DNA of 64,000 bases from an uncultured Actinomycetes bacterium (GCA_963704885.1 CAVPIB010000007.1:211266-275265); one strand, 5' to 3'; numbered from the stretch's first letter, positions 1 to 10,107 are shown. A program made the numbers and translations. The notes: generated from the letters alone by a model not told the origin.

Positions 1-2
1 AC

Positions 3-830
3 GCGCCGGACCTCGCCGTCGGTGACCTCTTTGGGAGCAACATGGCGAACATGGCGATCTTGGCGGTCATCGACCTGATCGCGCAGCGGAAGGTCTGGCC
101 TTCCGTGGAACTCGGGCACGCGCGTGTCGCTTCCGTCGCGATCGCCCTGACGACGCTCGCCGTCCTCGGGATCGTCACACCGGTAGGGGTCTCGATCGGC
201 TGGGTGGGCCTCGACACGATCGGGATCGTCGCGGCCTACCTGCTCGCGGTGGCGTGGGTGCGGCGAACCCGGACCCACGCTCCAGCAAGCAGGATCGATC
301 TGGGGGAGCTGCCGGTTGCCACAGGGTGGACCCGATCGTCGCGCGCGCCCCGGCTGTTCCGAAGCGCCGCGGCGAGGTTCGGGCTGGCGGCCGCCGTCGT
401 ATTCGTGACCGGCCCGTTCGTGGCGATCGCGGGGAAGGGGATCGCCGATACCTCCGGTCTCGGTCAGACGTTCGTGGGGGTGGCGATGCTCGCGGTCGCG
501 ACGTCCCTCCCGGAACTCGTGGCCTCCGTGGCCGCGGTGCGGATCGGGGCGTTCGACTTGGCGGTCGGGAACTTGTTCGGGAGCAACGCGATCAACATGG
601 CGATGCTCGTGGTCGTCGACGTGGCCTTCGCGCGCGGGCCCCTGTTGTCGGCCGTGACGGGTTCCGGCGTGGTCGTTGCGGGCGTCGGGGCCATCTTGCT
701 CATGTCGATCGCCCTGGCGGCGGTCGTGCACGGTCAGGAGACCCGTATCAAGCGGCTCGAGCCCGATGCCGTCGTCCTGTTGCTTGCCTACATCGGCGCG
801 CTGGCGGCGGTCGCAGCCGCCGCCATGTAG
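3..830 (+). CDS. Sodium:calcium antiporter (CaCA family), 5'-truncated by window edge
   Basis: Two alpha-repeat motifs (LAVGDLFGSN; ATSLPEL...LAVGNLFGSN), many TM segments; frame open from position 3. Confidence 0.9.
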   Translation, partial: APDLAVGDLFGSNMANMAILAVIDLIAQRKVWPSVELGHARVASVAIALTTLAVLGIVTPVGVSIGWVGLDTIGIVAAYLLAVAWVRRTRTHAPASRIDLGELPVATGWTRSSRAPRLFRSAAARFGLAAAVVFVTGPFVAIAGKGIADTSGLGQTFVGVAMLAVATSLPELVASVAAVRIGAFDLAVGNLFGSNAINMAMLVVVDVAFARGPLLSAVTGSGVVVAGVGAILLMSIALAAVVHGQETRIKRLEPDAVVLLLAYIGALAAVAAAAM

Positions 831-932
831 CAGGGACGAGCACCACCCGGCTCGGGGGGAGCGGGTCTTTCGGCCGGGCGAGACGCGGGATGACGGCGCC
901 TAGGGTTGCTTCCAGGGCTGATGGGAGGTGCG

Positions 933-1570
933 GTGAAGATCTGTGTTCCCAGGGAGCGTGCTGCGGGTGAGCGGCGCGTTGCTCTGACGCCGCAGGGCGC
1001 CTCCGCCCTCGTCGTGCGCGGCTTCTCCGTGCTCGTCGAGCAGGGGCCGGGCTCGGAGCCGGCTTCACCGACGACGGATATGTGACGTCGGGCGCGTACG
1101 TCGTACCGGGTGCAGCGTCTGCATCTGCCGTCGACATCGTGCTGCGAGTGGGGCCCCCGCGACCCGAGGAGCTCGACCCGATCCCTCCGGGGACCGTCCT
1201 CGTCGGCTTCCTGGCTCTGTTCACCGACGGACCGCTTGTCCGACGCGTGGTCGAGCGGAGCTTGACCGCGCTCGCCCTCGAGGCGATGCCACGGAAGATG
1301 CTGGCCCAGAGTCTCGACGCCCTTTCCTCGCAGGCGAGCGCAGCGGGCAACGCGGCCGCCGTCTCGGCCGCGCGTGCATCTGGGCGGATCGTCCCGATGC
1401 TCACCACCGCTGCCGGCACGGTGCGGCCCGTGAAGGTGCTAGTTCGTCTCGGCCTACGACATCCGTCCGGAAACCAGGTTGAGATCGAGAGCCTCGGAGC
1501 CCGATTCGTCGAAGCGTCGGAGGCGGAGCGATCGGACCTTCCCGACGGCGCCGAGGAGGTCACGGGCTGG
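933..1570 (+). pseudogene. pntA: NAD(P) transhydrogenase subunit alpha, frameshifted and truncated remnant
   Basis: MKICVPRERAAGERRVALTP..., frameshift near 1045, then LEAMPRKMLAQSLDALSSQ...PMLTTAAGTVRPVKVLV...IESLGARF; Rossmann glycine motif and C-terminal half missing; no pntB follows. Confidence 0.8.
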
Positions 1571-1775
1571 ATGGTTCGCAGTCGATCACCACGGCCCACT
1601 GCCAGAACTCGAACCCCTCCGTCAACGGGCGACCCCCGATCCGGTCGAGCCAACCTACCCGAGCCCTCACGGCGGTCTCCGCGCCGGGGTGTACCCCTTC
1701 CAGGGGCCACTCGCCTCATCCGTGGCGGGGCGGACGGCCGAGGGCGCTGCGGTTAGTTCCGTCTAACCTAGCTCT

Positions 1776-2390
1776 ATGACGACGACACAGACGCTCGGGA
1801 TCATCGCCGCCCTGTGGGTGCTGATCGGTGTGACCGCCTCGATCGTGATGGGTCGGCGCGGACACAGCTCGTTCACCTGGCTGCTCCTCGGAGCGCTGCT
1901 CGGACCGCTGGTGATCCCCCTGGGACTGAGTGCCGTCAGGGCCGAGCGACGGGACCCCGGGACGCGGTCCAGGATCCTGCGCGAGGGCACGGCGCGTACC
2001 GGGACCGTGGATCTGCTCGTTGGGATCGACGGGTCGGTGCAGTCCGCCGCCGCGCTCCGTGCCGTGCTCAGCCTTTTCGCGGATCGCATCGGCCGCCTCA
2101 CGCTTGCGAGCGTCATCGACTACGACAGCGCCATCTCGTCCCGGCCCTGGGATTCCGAGCGGCTGGCCGCGGAGCAACTCGGAAGTCTCGCGGCCACCGT
2201 GGAGGGCGCCCGGCCTACCACGATGGTGCTGGTGGGGCAGCCTTCTGCCGCGCTCGCGAAGCACGCGGCGGAGGACGGCTATGAACTGATCGTGGTCGGG
2301 CGTCGAGGCCACGGAGCGAGCAAGGCCCTGATCGGCAGCACGGCGATGCGTCTCGGGCACGGGGATGGTGCCCCGGTCCTCATCGTCTGA
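1776..2390 (+). CDS. Universal stress protein with N-terminal transmembrane hairpin
   Basis: LLVGIDGS...LIVVGRRGHGASKALIGSTA...PVLIV USP signature after two hydrophobic helices. Confidence 0.9.
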   Translation: MTTTQTLGIIAALWVLIGVTASIVMGRRGHSSFTWLLLGALLGPLVIPLGLSAVRAERRDPGTRSRILREGTARTGTVDLLVGIDGSVQSAAALRAVLSLFADRIGRLTLASVIDYDSAISSRPWDSERLAAEQLGSLAATVEGARPTTMVLVGQPSAALAKHAAEDGYELIVVGRRGHGASKALIGSTAMRLGHGDGAPVLIV

Positions 2391-2404
2391 TCGCAGAGAG
2401 GGGG

Positions 2405-3016
2405 ATGACCATGAACAGCACGCAGGTCGGGATCCTCATCGTGGCCGCATGGGTGTCGGTGGGCCTGGTCATCGGGCTCGTGATGGGCCGACGTGGACAC
2501 AACACGCTCACATGGATGATCTTGGGTGTGGTGCTCGGTCCCTTGACCGTTCCCCTGACGTGGCGAGCGGTCCGCGACGAACGAACGTCGAGGTCCCACG
2601 AGCTGTCACAGGGCTCGCCCGGACCCGGAACCGCCGACGTGCTCGTCGGGATCGACGGCTCCGCTCAGTCCGAAGCCGCGCTCCGAACCGTCGTCGCACT
2701 CCTGGGCGGCCGGCTGGGCCGTCTCACATTGGCGGGCGTCGTCGACTTCGACAGCGTGGGATCAACGCCGCCGTGGGACAACGAGGCTCAGGTCCTTGAG
2801 GTCCTGGAGCGTCTACGAGGCTCCCTGCCGGACCTGAGCCCCGGGACCACGGTTCTCGGCGGGCATCCCGCGACCGCTCTCATGAAGGAAGCCGTGGAGG
2901 GTGGTTACGAGATGCTGGCTATCGGGCGACGGGGCCACGGAGCCGCGAAGGCCCTGATGGGGAGCACCGCGAACCGGCTCGCGCACGGCGCCAACATCCC
3001 CGTGCTCATCGTCTGA
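2405..3016 (+). CDS. Universal stress protein with N-terminal transmembrane hairpin (tandem paralog)
   Basis: VLVGIDGS...GRRGHGAAKALMGSTA...IPVLIV; collinear with upstream gene. Confidence 0.9.
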   Translation: MTMNSTQVGILIVAAWVSVGLVIGLVMGRRGHNTLTWMILGVVLGPLTVPLTWRAVRDERTSRSHELSQGSPGPGTADVLVGIDGSAQSEAALRTVVALLGGRLGRLTLAGVVDFDSVGSTPPWDNEAQVLEVLERLRGSLPDLSPGTTVLGGHPATALMKEAVEGGYEMLAIGRRGHGAAKALMGSTANRLAHGANIPVLIV

Positions 3017-3032
3017 TCGGGGTGCCCTGCTT

Positions 3033-5909
3033 GTGAGCCTGGCCGGGTCGACGTCGTCGGCCAGCCTGGGGGACAGACGAGTGGCGACACGCGGTCAGGA
3101 TCGAGGTGACTCCCGGCGACCGACATCCGGGCTCACTCCGCATGTGTGCACGGTCGCCGAGATCGCGGCGGAGCTGGCCTGTGATCTGGATCGCGGCCTG
3201 ACATCCGACGAGGCGCTGCGGAGGATCGCGCGTCACGGGCCGAACGAACTCCCGGCCCCGGCCCCCCCTCTCCGCTGGCGCCGGTTCCTCGAGCAGTTCC
3301 GCGATCCACTGGTGTTGCTGCTGCTTGCGGCCACGGTCATCTCCTTCGCCGTCTGGCTCCTCGAGGGGGCCCACGGCATCCCGGTGGAGGCCCTCGTCAT
3401 CGTGGGGATCGTGGTCTTCAACGCGACCCTGGGCTTCCTGCAGGAGGAACGCGCCGAACGAGCCGTCGCGGCCCTCCGGGTGATGACCGTCCCTACCGCG
3501 ACCGTGATCCGTGATGGTGCGCGCTCACGTATCGCATCTCGCGATGTGGTGCCCGGCGACCTGATGCTGATCGAGGAAGGGGATGCCGTCGCCGCCGACG
3601 GACGACTGTTCGAAATCACCTCGCTTCAACTCGCCGAAGCGGCTCTCACGGGCGAGAGCGAGGCGGTCGCGAAGAAGCTCGAGCCTGTCGACATCGATGC
3701 CGCTCTCGGCGACCGCACGAACATGGTGTTCACCGGGACGGTCGCGACGTTCGGGCGCGGTCGGGCGATCGTGACTGGGACCGGTGCGGACACGGAGATC
3801 GGGCGGATCGCCTCGATGCTCGTATCCACCCCCGAACGACAGACGCCCCTGCAGCGCGAGATCGAACGGGTAGGACGCGCGCTCGGGATCGCGGTGCTCG
3901 TGGTCGCTGTGGTCGTCGTCGGCTCGAGCCTGCTCACGAGTGAGATCCGAACGACGGCCGATGTCGTCGAGGTGCTCTTGTTGGGGGTCTCCCTCGCCGT
4001 GGCCGCCGTGCCCGAGGGCCTCGCGGCGGTCCTGACCGTGGTGCTGGCTCTCGGAGTGGAGCGGATGGCGAAGCGGAACGCGATCGTGAAGAAACTGTCG
4101 GCGGTCGAGACGCTGGGGTCCGCGTCGGTGATCGGGTCGGACAAGACCGGCACGCTGACCAAGAACGAGATGGCGGTCCGAGCGGTGCTGAGCGCGAGCG
4201 GAAGATGCGAGCTATCGGGCGACGGTCGCGTGCGGCCGGATCCGGCTGTGTCGAACGAAGCTCCGTCGGACGACCGAACCCTGCGGGCTGAACTGGCGGC
4301 GCTTCTCGCCGCCGCTGCCACGGCGACGAACGCGGTCGTGGAGGAGGGCAAGGGCGGGCGGGTCATCCACGGCGACCCGACCGAGGCGGCGCTCATCGTC
4401 GCCGCCCGGAGCATCGATGCGCCGATCGAGGATCGTGCGGAACGGGTCGGCGAGGTGCCGTTCTCGTCGGAGCGCAAGCTGATGAGCGTCGTGCACGCCG
4501 ACCCCCGGGACGCCGAGCACATGACGGTGTTCGTGAAGGGCGCGCCCGACGTCTTGTTGGAGCGGTGCACGCACGAGGTCGTCGGCTCGGCTGCCCGTCC
4601 GCTGACGGAGAGGCGCCGGTCGGAGATCGAGTCGAGCGTGGAGCAGATGGCGGCGACCGGTCTCCGAACGATCGGCGTGGCGCGGCGGTCCGTCATGAGG
4701 GACTCTTACACCGAGGCGACCGAAGACCTGGAGAGGGACCTCGCGTTCCTCGGCGTCGCCGGGATGAACGATCCGCCGCGGTCGGAGTCGCGCGAAGCGG
4801 CCGGGACGGCGCGTGCCGCCGGGATCAGGGTGATCATGATCACCGGAGACCATCCCGCGACCGCTGCTGCGATCGCGTCCGAGATCGGCATCTCACAGGC
4901 CGGCGTCTCCGCGGCGGCGACGGGACAGGAGCTCGCGCGCCTGGACGACGACGGGTTCCTGGCGGTCGTGCGAAACACGGACGTCTTCGCCCGTGTTTCC
5001 CCCGAGCACAAGCTGCGGATCGTGGAGAGCCTTGAGCTCGACGGCCACGTGGTGGCGATGACCGGAGACGGGGTGAACGACGCGCCGGCGCTGAAGACGG
5101 CCGACATCGGCATCGCCATGGGGATCACAGGTACGGAGGTGGCGAAGCAGGCGGCGGACGTGATCCTGACGGATGACAACTTCGCCACCATCGTCGCCGC
5201 GGTCGAGGAGGGCCGCACGATCTACTCGAACATCAGGAAGTTCATCCGCTACCTGCTCTCGTCGAACGTAGGTGAGGTCTTCACGGTGTTCTTCGGAGTC
5301 GCCCTGGCGGACGTGATCGGTCTGACCGCCGTGGACGGATCGTTCGTCGCGCCGCTCCTCGCTACTCAGATCCTTTGGATCAACCTGCTCACAGACGCGG
5401 CACCCGCGTTGGCGCTCGGGGTCGACCCGGCCAGCCCAGGGCTGATGGCGCGTCCTCCGAGGTCTTCCAAGGACCGGCTGATCGATGTCGAGATGTGGCT
5501 CGGGATCTTGGTCGTGGGCTCTGCGATGGCCATCGGGACGCTGCTCACGCTGGACCTGGCACTAGTGGGTGGCCTCATCGAAGGGGATCGCTCGCTCGAC
5601 GAGGCTCGGACGATGGCGTTCACCGTTCTCGTCCTGGCGCAACTGTTCAACGTATTCAACTCGCGTTCGGACCGGTCGAGCGCCTTCCGCTCCGGCCCCG
5701 TGAACCGAAGCGTATGGGGCGCGGTCGGCATCTCGGTTGGCCTCCAGGTCCTGGTGGTCTACGTCCCCGGACTCGGTCGGGCGTTCGGCACCGTCGCGAT
5801 CGGCGCGGCCGACTGGGGCATCTGCATCGCCATGGCGAGCCTCGTCCTGTGGGCCGATGAGGCGTGGAAGCTGGTGAAGCGCGGCAAGAGCTCGCCACAG
5901 GAGTCCTGA
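3033..5909 (+). CDS. Cation-translocating P-type ATPase (P2A, Ca2+-type); exact start uncertain
   Basis: LTGES, VPEGL, DKTGTLT, KGAPD, MITGD, TGDGVNDAPALK, QILWINLLTD motifs. Confidence 0.95.
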   Translation: MSLAGSTSSASLGDRRVATRGQDRGDSRRPTSGLTPHVCTVAEIAAELACDLDRGLTSDEALRRIARHGPNELPAPAPPLRWRRFLEQFRDPLVLLLLAATVISFAVWLLEGAHGIPVEALVIVGIVVFNATLGFLQEERAERAVAALRVMTVPTATVIRDGARSRIASRDVVPGDLMLIEEGDAVAADGRLFEITSLQLAEAALTGESEAVAKKLEPVDIDAALGDRTNMVFTGTVATFGRGRAIVTGTGADTEIGRIASMLVSTPERQTPLQREIERVGRALGIAVLVVAVVVVGSSLLTSEIRTTADVVEVLLLGVSLAVAAVPEGLAAVLTVVLALGVERMAKRNAIVKKLSAVETLGSASVIGSDKTGTLTKNEMAVRAVLSASGRCELSGDGRVRPDPAVSNEAPSDDRTLRAELAALLAAAATATNAVVEEGKGGRVIHGDPTEAALIVAARSIDAPIEDRAERVGEVPFSSERKLMSVVHADPRDAEHMTVFVKGAPDVLLERCTHEVVGSAARPLTERRRSEIESSVEQMAATGLRTIGVARRSVMRDSYTEATEDLERDLAFLGVAGMNDPPRSESREAAGTARAAGIRVIMITGDHPATAAAIASEIGISQAGVSAAATGQELARLDDDGFLAVVRNTDVFARVSPEHKLRIVESLELDGHVVAMTGDGVNDAPALKTADIGIAMGITGTEVAKQAADVILTDDNFATIVAAVEEGRTIYSNIRKFIRYLLSSNVGEVFTVFFGVALADVIGLTAVDGSFVAPLLATQILWINLLTDAAPALALGVDPASPGLMARPPRSSKDRLIDVEMWLGILVVGSAMAIGTLLTLDLALVGGLIEGDRSLDEARTMAFTVLVLAQLFNVFNSRSDRSSAFRSGPVNRSVWGAVGISVGLQVLVVYVPGLGRAFGTVAIGAADWGICIAMASLVLWADEAWKLVKRGKSSPQES

Positions 5910-6011
5910 GTTGGGTACCTGGGCCGAACTGCCCTCTGCGGCAGGGACGTTCGGCCCGTCCAGATGTGTGCGAGTAGAGGGCTAGACTCCGTCCAGAAAG
6001 GGGGGATCGGG

Positions 6012-6581
6012 ATGTATGACCTCTCGAACCGCGAGTTCTGGACGGTGGTCCATGGGCTCGTTCTGGGAACGGTCTTCCTGCTCCTGTTCGGCGGGGGGCT
6101 CGCGGGATTATGGAGTCTTCGCCCCGGGTTCCTGACGACCAAGGGCGTGCAAGAGCGCATGCGCCGTCTCTACGTGGGGATGTGGGCGATGGCGCTCACC
6201 GCCTGGGCGACGGTGATAACGGGCACGTGGATCGTCTATCCCTGGTACCGCGCTGCGTTGGCGGGCGACGACTACTCCGGCTGCGCCGGGGCGGTCGTGC
6301 CGACGTCGGGCTGCTCCCCACGTGACTTCTTGAAGTCCAACGTCTCGGGCAACACCGAGAGCTGGCATGGCTTCGGGATGGAGTGGAAGGAGCACATCAC
6401 GTGGGCGGCGCCGATCCTGGCCACCGCGGCCGCGTTCATCGTTGCCTACTACGGGGCACGTCTGATCCAACGACCCTGGTTGCGGGTGGCAACCCTCGTG
6501 ATGATCGTGGGGGCGTTCGGAGCGGCCGTCATCGGCGGCTTCTACGGGGCGTTCCTGAACAAGATCGCGCCGATCGTGTGA
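6012..6581 (+). CDS. Uncharacterised 4-TM membrane protein (YPWYR, WHxxGMEWKEH motifs)
   Basis: ATG after purine-rich RBS, hydrophobic helices, GC3-rich codons. Confidence 0.8.
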   Translation: MYDLSNREFWTVVHGLVLGTVFLLLFGGGLAGLWSLRPGFLTTKGVQERMRRLYVGMWAMALTAWATVITGTWIVYPWYRAALAGDDYSGCAGAVVPTSGCSPRDFLKSNVSGNTESWHGFGMEWKEHITWAAPILATAAAFIVAYYGARLIQRPWLRVATLVMIVGAFGAAVIGGFYGAFLNKIAPIV

Positions 6582-6592
6582 GGTGATATGAG

Positions 6593-6994
6593 ATGGCAAC
6601 CAAGGAATGGAGCACGAAGGGCGATCCGATCGTGGATGCGCCCGAATTGGAGCCCCTGAACCTGGAGGCTAAGCCCGACGGGCCGGGGGCGGCGGTGATG
6701 CTTTCGGCCGGCGTAGGGATCTTCATCCTGGGTCTCTTCACGGTCCTGTCTGAGGCCTCCGCCGGGATCCACGACTGGCTCGAGACGCTCGACTTCGACA
6801 AGGGTGTCGGGCCGCTGGCCGGCAAGACGATCCTGGCCTCGGTTGGCTTCTTCGCGAGCTGGCTGATCTTCGGGATCGCCCTCCGCGACAAGGAGGTCAA
6901 CCTCCCGAAGTGGTTCTGGTGGAGCCTGGGCCTGGGCGTGCTGGGAGCGATCATGATGTTCCCGCCTGTCTTCACGGCCTTCGCGGCGGAGTAG
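6593..6994 (+). CDS. Uncharacterised 3-TM membrane protein (GPLAGKT motif)
   Basis: RBS gaggtg, 11 bp after upstream stop, hydrophobic profile. Confidence 0.8.
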   Translation: MATKEWSTKGDPIVDAPELEPLNLEAKPDGPGAAVMLSAGVGIFILGLFTVLSEASAGIHDWLETLDFDKGVGPLAGKTILASVGFFASWLIFGIALRDKEVNLPKWFWWSLGLGVLGAIMMFPPVFTAFAAE

Positions 6995-6999
6995 GTGCG

Positions 7000-7245
7000 G
7001 TGAGGAGGATCATCGAGGCGACGACGGCCGATCGGGTGGCCGCCCGGGTCGTGGGCCTGGGAGTGGGCCTGATAGCCCTGATGGTGACCTGGCTCGTGGG
7101 CAACCGAGTGGCCGGGCTCATCTGGGCTGCGCCCGTCGGGCCCAAGGTTGCATTCGGGGCTGCGATCGCCGTCGGGGTCGTCGTGGCCGTCATCGCGGGG
7201 ATCCGGTTGGATCGCTCTTTGAGGACCAACGCCTCCAAGGAGTAG
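7000..7245 (+). CDS. Small 2-TM membrane protein
   Basis: GTG 5 bp after upstream stop, two hydrophobic helices, followed by strong hairpin. Confidence 0.65.
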   Translation: MRRIIEATTADRVAARVVGLGVGLIALMVTWLVGNRVAGLIWAAPVGPKVAFGAAIAVGVVVAVIAGIRLDRSLRTNASKE

Positions 7246-7269
7246 CAAGGGAGCAGCACCACCCTGGAA

Positions 7270-7302
7270 CGCAGGGTTCGGACCGCAGGTCCGAACCCTG
7301 CG
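7270..7302 (+). terminator. Perfect 15-bp stem hairpin, likely terminator
   Basis: cgcagggttcggacc-gca-ggtccgaaccctgcg. Confidence 0.75.
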
Positions 7303-7318
7303 CTAGGCTCTGCGCCTA

Positions 7319-7443
7319 GACATCCACGACGCGTACGACCTGGCAGACCGGATCAGCGTGATGCTCCAGGGGAAGCTGGGCGGCACGGTCAAGCAGGAAG
7401 ACGTGACCGTGGACGAGGTCCTTGCCATGATCATCATGGGGAA
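7319..7443 (+). pseudogene. C-terminal fragment of a sugar ABC transporter ATP-binding protein
   Basis: [42 protein letters not shown] resembles the CUT2-family ATPase tail; no upstream part present. Confidence 0.6.
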
Positions 7444-7614
7444 GGCCCGGCGAGCTGACTCCGACCGACATCGCCCAGCTCCACTGAAGCGCTCTCGCCG
7501 TGTTGGCCTGACGCCTCTGGATAGTTTCGGGTTTGGCAAGGATCGCGTTATCGGTCCGCAACCCGCCGCTCGTTAGCGTCATCGGCGTCCGGTATGTCGA
7601 GCTAAGGAGGATCC

Positions 7615-7974
7615 ATGCGGCGACGGGGGATCACTGTGATCGCGATGTCGGCGGTCTTGACGCTGTTCGGTGGGAGCGCCGCGCTGGCCGCGGTTCCCAG
7701 CACCATCTCGATCGGGTTCAACCAGGAAACCGAGCACTTCCACGGCAAGGTGCGTTCCTCAGATGACGAATGCTCGGCAGGGCGGACCGTGAAGCTCTTC
7801 GAGAAGACGGCCGACGGGCGAACGCTCCAAGGCAAGGCCACCACCAACGCTAACGGCAAGTGGGACATCGAGCTCATGCAGGCTGAGGGCTTCTACTTCG
7901 CAGTGACGCCCAAGCAGAAGGCCATGCACGCCAAGTGCGGGCGAGCGGTCTCGCGCATGGTCGACGTGATGTAG
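7615..7974 (+). CDS. Secreted hypothetical protein (beta-rich, two Cys)
   Basis: RBS aaggagg, signal peptide ending ALA, downstream hairpin. Confidence 0.8.
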   Translation: MRRRGITVIAMSAVLTLFGGSAALAAVPSTISIGFNQETEHFHGKVRSSDDECSAGRTVKLFEKTADGRTLQGKATTNANGKWDIELMQAEGFYFAVTPKQKAMHAKCGRAVSRMVDVM

Positions 7975-7991
7975 GGATCTGTCTCACGGAG

Positions 7992-8027
7992 ACGCCGGGC
8001 CGCCGCAGCGGGGCCCGGCGTTCTTCT
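7992..8027 (+). terminator. Intrinsic terminator-like hairpin
   Basis: acgccgggcc...ggcccggcgt followed by tcttct. Confidence 0.6.
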
Positions 8028-8128
8028 GTCACGGGGTGACCGGTCGGACAGCGTCCGTGGAGAACAGCGCCATCGGAGCCCCCGCGTGGTCGAAGCGAGC
8101 GAGGAGACCGATCCGAACCAGGAGTACC

Positions 8129-8851
8129 GTGGCTCTGGTGTCGCCGCAACGACAGGAGCACGAGGTCTATCTGGAGGTGGCGACGAAGCGCGCCTTCGCC
8201 GGGGCGATCGGTTGGCCGGGGTGGTGTCGGAGCGGTCGTGACGCGGACGCCGCACTCGAGGCGCTGTTGGCGTATGGGTCCCGCTACGCGAATATCGTCC
8301 GTGGTCTGCGGCCTGCATTTCACTCGCCGATCGCCCTTGGGGACCTACGTGTGGTGGAGCGGCTGACCGGCGACGCCACCACCGAGTTCGGTGCGCCCTC
8401 CATCGCGCCATCCGCCGACGCACGCCCGATGGACGCGAAAGAGTTCGACCGGTCGCTGTCGGTGCTGCGATCGTGCTGGTCGGCCTTCGACCGAGCCGTC
8501 GCGACCGCTCGAGGTGTGGAACTCACGAAGGGTCCGCGTGGCGGGGGTCGTGGGCTAGACGCGATCGTCTCGCACGTGGTCAGCGCGGAAGCTAGCTATG
8601 TAGGCAAGCTAGGTATGAAGCGCCCGAGGGTCGACGCTGACGAGACGGCACACGCTCGCGACGACGTCCGCATGGTGGTCCTTGAGGCCCTGTCGCGCGC
8701 GCTGACCGATGGGCTTCCCGAGGCCGGGCCTCGCGGCGGGAAGATGTGGACGCCGTCGTACTTCGTTCGCCGAGCCTCGTGGCACGTGACCGATCACCTG
8801 TGGGAGATACAGGACCGGTCCGGGACCGAAGCGTCAGCCGGTTCCTGCTGA
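8129..8851 (+). CDS. Hypothetical protein with DinB-like C-terminal domain
   Basis: RBS aggag before GTG; WPGWCRSG, KGPRGGGR, HVVSAE and RRASWHVTDHLWEI (DinB-type His ligands). Confidence 0.75.
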   Translation: MALVSPQRQEHEVYLEVATKRAFAGAIGWPGWCRSGRDADAALEALLAYGSRYANIVRGLRPAFHSPIALGDLRVVERLTGDATTEFGAPSIAPSADARPMDAKEFDRSLSVLRSCWSAFDRAVATARGVELTKGPRGGGRGLDAIVSHVVSAEASYVGKLGMKRPRVDADETAHARDDVRMVVLEALSRALTDGLPEAGPRGGKMWTPSYFVRRASWHVTDHLWEIQDRSGTEASAGSC

Positions 8852-9553
8852 AGTCGTCGCCCCGCCAACGATCGCTTCGTCCGCGAACGCCACCACCTGA
8901 TCCATCAGTCCCGGGTTATCTCTGAACATCCCTGTCCCGTGTCCATCGCCGCTTACGACCACGGGCTCGATCCCAAGCGCATCGGCCAGCTGTCGAGCGT
9001 CTGAGTCGTAGGGTTCATTACCCTCGGCCACCGCCAGCATCACGGGCGTGGTGCGGGGCAGTTCGCCCGCGACCTGGAGCGCATCGAAGGAACTCGCCGG
9101 TGCAGAAAGGCCGACCACAGCGTCCACGGCCAGCTCTCGTGCCATCGCGATGGACAAAGAGCCGCCGAGGGACCCACCGACGAGCACGATCGCCGAGGCG
9201 CCGGAGTCGCGCGCATATCCCACAACTGCCCGCAGATCCTCCTGGCGATCCAGGCCGCTTCCAGTGGAATCTCCGACCCCACGCGCGTCGTAGGCGATCA
9301 CCCGCCAGCCGTGATCGGCGAACACTGTGGCCAGATCGTAGAAGCCCTCCTTGGTGCCGGTGGCGCCGTGAGAGAGCACGGCGACCTGTTCGCCGTTCCC
9401 GAGCTCGATCGCATCGAGCTCGACGCCATCCGTCGTGCTGATCCGGATGCGCGACGCGCCCGTTGGGGGATCGGGCTGGTCGGCCTCGCATGCCGAGAGG
9501 ACTACTCCGGCCAGAACCACGACGGTGAGGATAGGAAGGAGGTCTCGCCGCAT
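8834..9553 (-). CDS. Alpha/beta hydrolase lipoprotein
   Basis: Lipobox LSAC, HG oxyanion motif, GGSLGG nucleophile elbow, HGT. Confidence 0.85.
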   Translation of the reverse strand: MRRDLLPILTVVVLAGVVLSACEADQPDPPTGASRIRISTTDGVELDAIELGNGEQVAVLSHGATGTKEGFYDLATVFADHGWRVIAYDARGVGDSTGSGLDRQEDLRAVVGYARDSGASAIVLVGGSLGGSLSIAMARELAVDAVVGLSAPASSFDALQVAGELPRTTPVMLAVAEGNEPYDSDARQLADALGIEPVVVSGDGHGTGMFRDNPGLMDQVVAFADEAIVGGATTSAGTG

Positions 9554-9660
9554 GGTACGACCGACGATAGGACCAGGGGGTGCTCCTGGTGTGGCGTGGG
9601 TGTGCTGATCCGGTGACGGTCGGGCACCCGTGGCTCCGATGGACGGTGTCGAACTCGGCC

Positions 9661-10107
9661 CTACGCGATCCGGATCTCACCGCGCATGCCGTATGCATAG
9701 TGGCCCGGCAGATGACATCCGAAGATGAGTCCGCCGACCTGTTCGGGGAACGGATAGGTCGTGACGACCGTCTCCCCGGCCGCGATCGAGATCTCCCCGG
9801 GCCTCGGCGTGTGGTGAGCCTCACTCCCGGTCTCGTGGACCTGCTGCATGTACTCGTCGCCTACGACGAATTCGTGGTCGATGGGATCGGCGTTCTCCAC
9901 CACGAACCGGATCGTCTGGCCCGGTTCGACGTCGATCTCCTGCGGCTCGAAGAGGGAGAAGTGGATCCGGATCTGGATCGTGCGAGTAGGAGCCGAGGCT
10001 GTCGATCGCTCTAGCCAACCCGACGCGAGCGCCGCGGTGGCTCCGACGAGTAGGAGTGCCAGGATGAGCACACCGATCCCCGCCGTGCGCGTGCCGCTGG
10101 TTCTCAT
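9661..10107 (-). CDS. Cupredoxin (blue copper) domain protein
   Basis: Signal/TM segment, DHEF and CHLPGHYAYGM type-1 Cu ligands; ATGA overlap with upstream gene. Confidence 0.9.
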   Translation of the reverse strand: MRTSGTRTAGIGVLILALLLVGATAALASGWLERSTASAPTRTIQIRIHFSLFEPQEIDVEPGQTIRFVVENADPIDHEFVVGDEYMQQVHETGSEAHHTPRPGEISIAAGETVVTTYPFPEQVGGLIFGCHLPGHYAYGMRGEIRIA

